Source of the DNA: the human T2T-CHM13v2.0 reference genome, Homo sapiens
Length of the DNA: 64,000 nt
Assembly (NCBI RefSeq): GCF_009914755.1
Contig: NC_060940.1
Direction: 5' to 3' (one strand)
Shown: in pieces, positions 59,900 through 64,000 of the stretch
Layout of the letters: each line of letters starts with the position of its first letter
How positions within the stretch are numbered: the first letter of the stretch is position 1
Translations under genes and position numbers: made by a program
The notes under the pieces: model-generated
What the model was told of the DNA's origin: nothing
Databases searched by the model: none
What the model saw: only the letters and a program-made list of their open reading frames with translations

Positions 59900-60270
59900 T
59901 AAAGAAATCTTGTCTGTGCTGTATGTGGCATTGGTCAGGATGGCTTGTGTGGGGGCAGATTCTACTTTTAGGATGGTTCACTCAAACTGGGGCCTTTGCT
60001 GCCCTCTAAGTGGGCTTCTTTACATGAGTTTGGTAATGGCTGCCCCACTTGCTTTACAGCATGGTGTCTGGAATCCAAGAGTGAGTGTCCAAAGAAGACA
60101 GAAAGTAGAACCTACCAGTTCCCTAAGACAGGGGCTGGATACTAGCATAGCCTGTTTTCCTTCTTCTGTTATTGGTAAAGCACAGAGTCCAAATTCAAGG
60201 GCAAGGTATATGGAACTCACTTCTTAATGACAGAGGTGACAAAGGAATTTGAGGCTATGTTTTAAAAATA
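59900..60270 (-). mobile_element. Old MLT1 LTR fragment
   Basis: ggatggttcactca...attggtaaagcacag...aaattcaaggg. Confidence 0.55.
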
Positions 60271-60699
60271 TCATATAGATTATTTTGAAATACGTTTGAA
60301 TTTAAATTATAATTCCCTCTGAATCTATAGTTTAAGCAGGAAGTTCTTACGTTAAGGGGGAAATTCTAGTTTTATTTATTTTTGACAATGTTCTAGCCTA
60401 ATTACTCATGGTACGGGATTATATACTATGTTTCATCAGTTCTCAGAGTGTTTAGACATTGTTTTATATCTCAGGATATGATTTTTTAAATGAATCTTTT
60501 GGGAAATGGGAAAAGATAGGTACGTTTCAATGTTTAGAGGTGTATTCAGTATCTAAAAGTTACATCAATTTATCTTATTTTTTCTTTTTACTGTTGTTCA
60601 ATTCTTTGATGTCATTACCAATTTTTGATTGCTTTTTAAAACAGACACTAGGATCAATTAAAATATCACATGTTAATGATAGATTTTTATTTTTCCTTT

Positions 60700-62960
60700 T
60701 AGTTATATAATTTTGCAAGTTACATTTTTCTTTACATGTTATTTACATACAAATTTAGAATTATTCCATCTTTCTTGTGAACCAAACTTTTTACCAATAT
60801 GAAGTGTTCTCTTTATCTCAAGTTATATTAAAGCCTTTTCCAGCTTCCTATTATTTAATGTATTTATAATGTAAATTTTTCTGTCGTTTTACTTTCTGTG
60901 TTCTTTTATTTAAGGTGTGTCTCTTTCAAATAGATGTAGTTGGAATTTATTCTGTCATTCAGTCTGGTAATCCACATACATAATGTTATTATTATTATTT
61001 GAATTTTTAAGTTTAAATTACCGTTTAATTTTCTATCCCTTCCCTGTTCTTCTTCTTCCCATACTGTAAGTTAAAAGGTATATTTTATTATGCCTTTCCT
61101 TTCTGTAATTTTATGTTACATATTCCTTGAAAATTATTTTAGTGATTTCCCTAAAGATGCAGGTCATGCCACATACGTAACTGACTTATCAAAGTTAACA
61201 CAGATAAAACTTTTTCTTACTTTCCAGAGAAAACAATATTCTTAGAATATACTAACTTGATATGTTATTGTTTTCAGGTATTTTAATTCTTCACATTATG
61301 TATTTTAAACTTCATAATGCTTTATTGTTAATATTTTATACCATTTACATTCATTTAGATTCACCCAATATTTTGTGTTTTCACTCAGAATTCCTTCTTG
61401 GCATTTGTTTTCTTACATCATTTTGTAGATTTAATTCTATGTCTTCTTACTGTCATAATTTCTATTGAGAAGTCTATTGCCAGACTTATTCTTGGTTCCT
61501 TGAAGTTACTGTGTTTTATTCCCTCTGGATACTTTAAAGATTTTCCTTTTTAGGGACATGGATGAAGCTGGAAAGTATCATTCTCAGCAAACTAACACAA
61601 AAACAGAAAACCAAACACCGCATGTTCTCACTCATAAGTGGGAGTTGAACAATGAGAACACATGGTCACAGGGAGGGGAACATCACACACTGGGGCCTGT
61701 AGGGGAGGTGGGGCTAGGGGAGGGATAGCATTAGGAGAAATACCTAATGTAGATGACAGGTTGATGGGTACAGCAAACCATCATGGCACATGTAAACCGA
61801 TGTAACAAAACTGCATGTTCTGCACATGTACCCCAGAACTTAAAGTATAATAAAAAAAAAAGAAAAAAAGTTTCTGTTTTTACTTGGTTTTCAAAAGTTA
61901 AAATATGGCCTGCCTATAATTCCTTTTGAATCCATCTTTTCTTTCCTTTAGCTTCTTGAATTTGTGGTTTGATATCCTTTGTCACTTTTGGAAAATTCTC
62001 AGCCAGTATCTTTTTTTCTGTTCCTTCTTTCTATTCTCACCTTCAGTTCTCCAATAACATATCAACTTCTTTCATCCCATAAGCCTTAGTTTTTTTCTCT
62101 TTTTTCCTCTATTAATTAGTTTGGCCATTTTCTTCTTTCCTGTATTACAGGTAATTAATTTTCTCTTTGGACATGTATAATCTGCTGTTAAACACATTCG
62201 TTGTTTTTATTTTCAATTATTGATTTTTTTCCGTTGAATACATTCCATTTGCATCTTTTTATGGCTTACTGTTCTATGATAACGTTCTCAATCTGACTTC
62301 TGTATCCTTATGAAGAATTATTTTAAAGTTTGTGATAATTGTATTACCTGATTTTTGAATCTGTTATATTCTCTGTTGTTTCCTCGATTTTGTCATTTAA
62401 TAACATCTGCTTGTAGTGACTTTTATTTTTATTCTGTGCTGGATATTGCGAATAAGAAATTGTCAAAATTATTTGAGCCCTAGAGAAATGTACCCTTTTT
62501 CCCAGAGCACTTTTAAGTTTGCTTTAGATGGAAAGTAGGGCCGTTAGCGATCACTTCTTGCGAAGACTGGTGTATCCTCAGCTTACCTGTCTTCTACGGT
62601 ATGGTCCTTTTGGTTTCCAAGTCATAGACTTTGTGATTTTCCAAAGCCCTTTCTACTTGACAGCAAGTTAACTTTATTTTTTGAACTCTTAAACTTGTAC
62701 ATCTGTCAAAAAGACTTGTCAATCTTTTCAGCCTCTCAGCCATTTCTGAAATCAGCATCAGTTTCTGTGATAAACATGGCCTTAAATGCTGAGTTCATCT
62801 CACTGGGTATCTTATGCTGGACTTTCACTCTTTGATTTTTGTTGTCCCATAAACTCTTTGACACTTCCACACATACATTTTAAACTTGTTTTTGTTTTTT
62901 TCTTTTTCTTGTTGTTCTTAGTTAGAAAGTTGTTCTCAGAGTAAGGTTGGGCATTACCAA
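60700..62960 (-). mobile_element. Old L1ME ORF1/5' region, split by L1PA6/7
   Basis: gagaagtctattgccagacttatt..., tttggaaaattctcagccagtatc. Confidence 0.55.
61552..61869 (+). mobile_element. L1PA6/7-type 3' end with poly-A
   Basis: gggacatggatgaagctggaa...gtaccccagaacttaaagtataataaaaaaaaa. Confidence 0.92.
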
Positions 62961-63039
62961 AACCAGAATTCCTATTTTTTCTTAATTTATAAAAGAAATT
63001 CTAGAAAATTATTTCTTAAGCAAATGTATACAAGTATAA

Positions 63040-63358
<319 letters not shown>

Positions 63359-64000
63359 TTAAGTTCTTATTCATAAATCTATGAGGTAAAGATGTTTAGG
63401 TACTCATGAAAATTTTCATCAACTCGTCTACCTGTAACTGTTCATCAGAATTCTGACTTATGTCTACTTAATTTTATGTGCTTAAAGATTAATGATCTTT
63501 TAAAAAATATCATTAAACGTTGAACCTGAAGAAAACTTTGAATTTCAGTAAGGTTTTCCATTTTATAGATGTGGTAATTGCAATTCAGAGCAATGGCAGC
63601 AGCAAGAATATCACCTATGATAAATGTGCGACTCAGGATTATACCTGTCTATATACTGCATGGTATTATTTGATTGTTTAGTTCAAGAACCATACTTATT
63701 CTGTATACTTGTATTATCTGGTATAAGTGCATGTCTCAAGGACACTTTAGTTCTAAGATCAATAGGACTATATGAGGGTTTTATCACCAGTGTTTGACAA
63801 ATGTCCCCAATAGATTGTTTGATGATTTATCTGCACACAAATTATAGATCCTTGCCATGTAGAAGGAAACGGTTCCCCTTGTTAAAGCAAAACTTATCTG
63901 GTTAACCATTGCATGGACTCAGACCAATACTGAAAGATAACATCAAAGAAATTTTATTATTTGCCTGTCACAAGAATCAGAATAAATGGTGAGTGAGAAG

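Overview
This is AT-rich, repeat-dense primate DNA, almost certainly human, and either intronic or intergenic. I could not recognise any host protein-coding gene, RNA gene or CpG island. Every long ORF in the track traces to an L1, Alu or ERV remnant, or is a chance ORF. Most of the window is layered transposon debris: old L1M/L1ME scaffolds carrying L1MA/L1PB/L1PA copies, about 11 Alus (J, S and Y), MaLR LTRs (THE1/MST/MLT1), a MER51-LTR class I provirus remnant with a tRNA-Arg PBS and decayed gag, an LTR16/ERVL-type provirus remnant, a MER4 solo LTR, and DNA transposons (MER44, MER58). I found no convincing new multi-gene system. The best leads are: (1) a 161-bp locally templated insertion, copied from ERVL pro into an L1, whose donor is bracketed by an 8-bp direct repeat; (2) an internally primed L1 ORF2 fragment with a TSD but no tail; (3) a near-perfect 12-nt microexon signature at 59496-59507; (4) an Alu-flanked candidate exon at 32995-33323; (5) a splice-site-packed MER51 leader that could drive a minus-strand lncRNA. 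Subfamily names come from remembered consensus sequences, not from a RepeatMasker run. Boundaries of the old elements are approximate.
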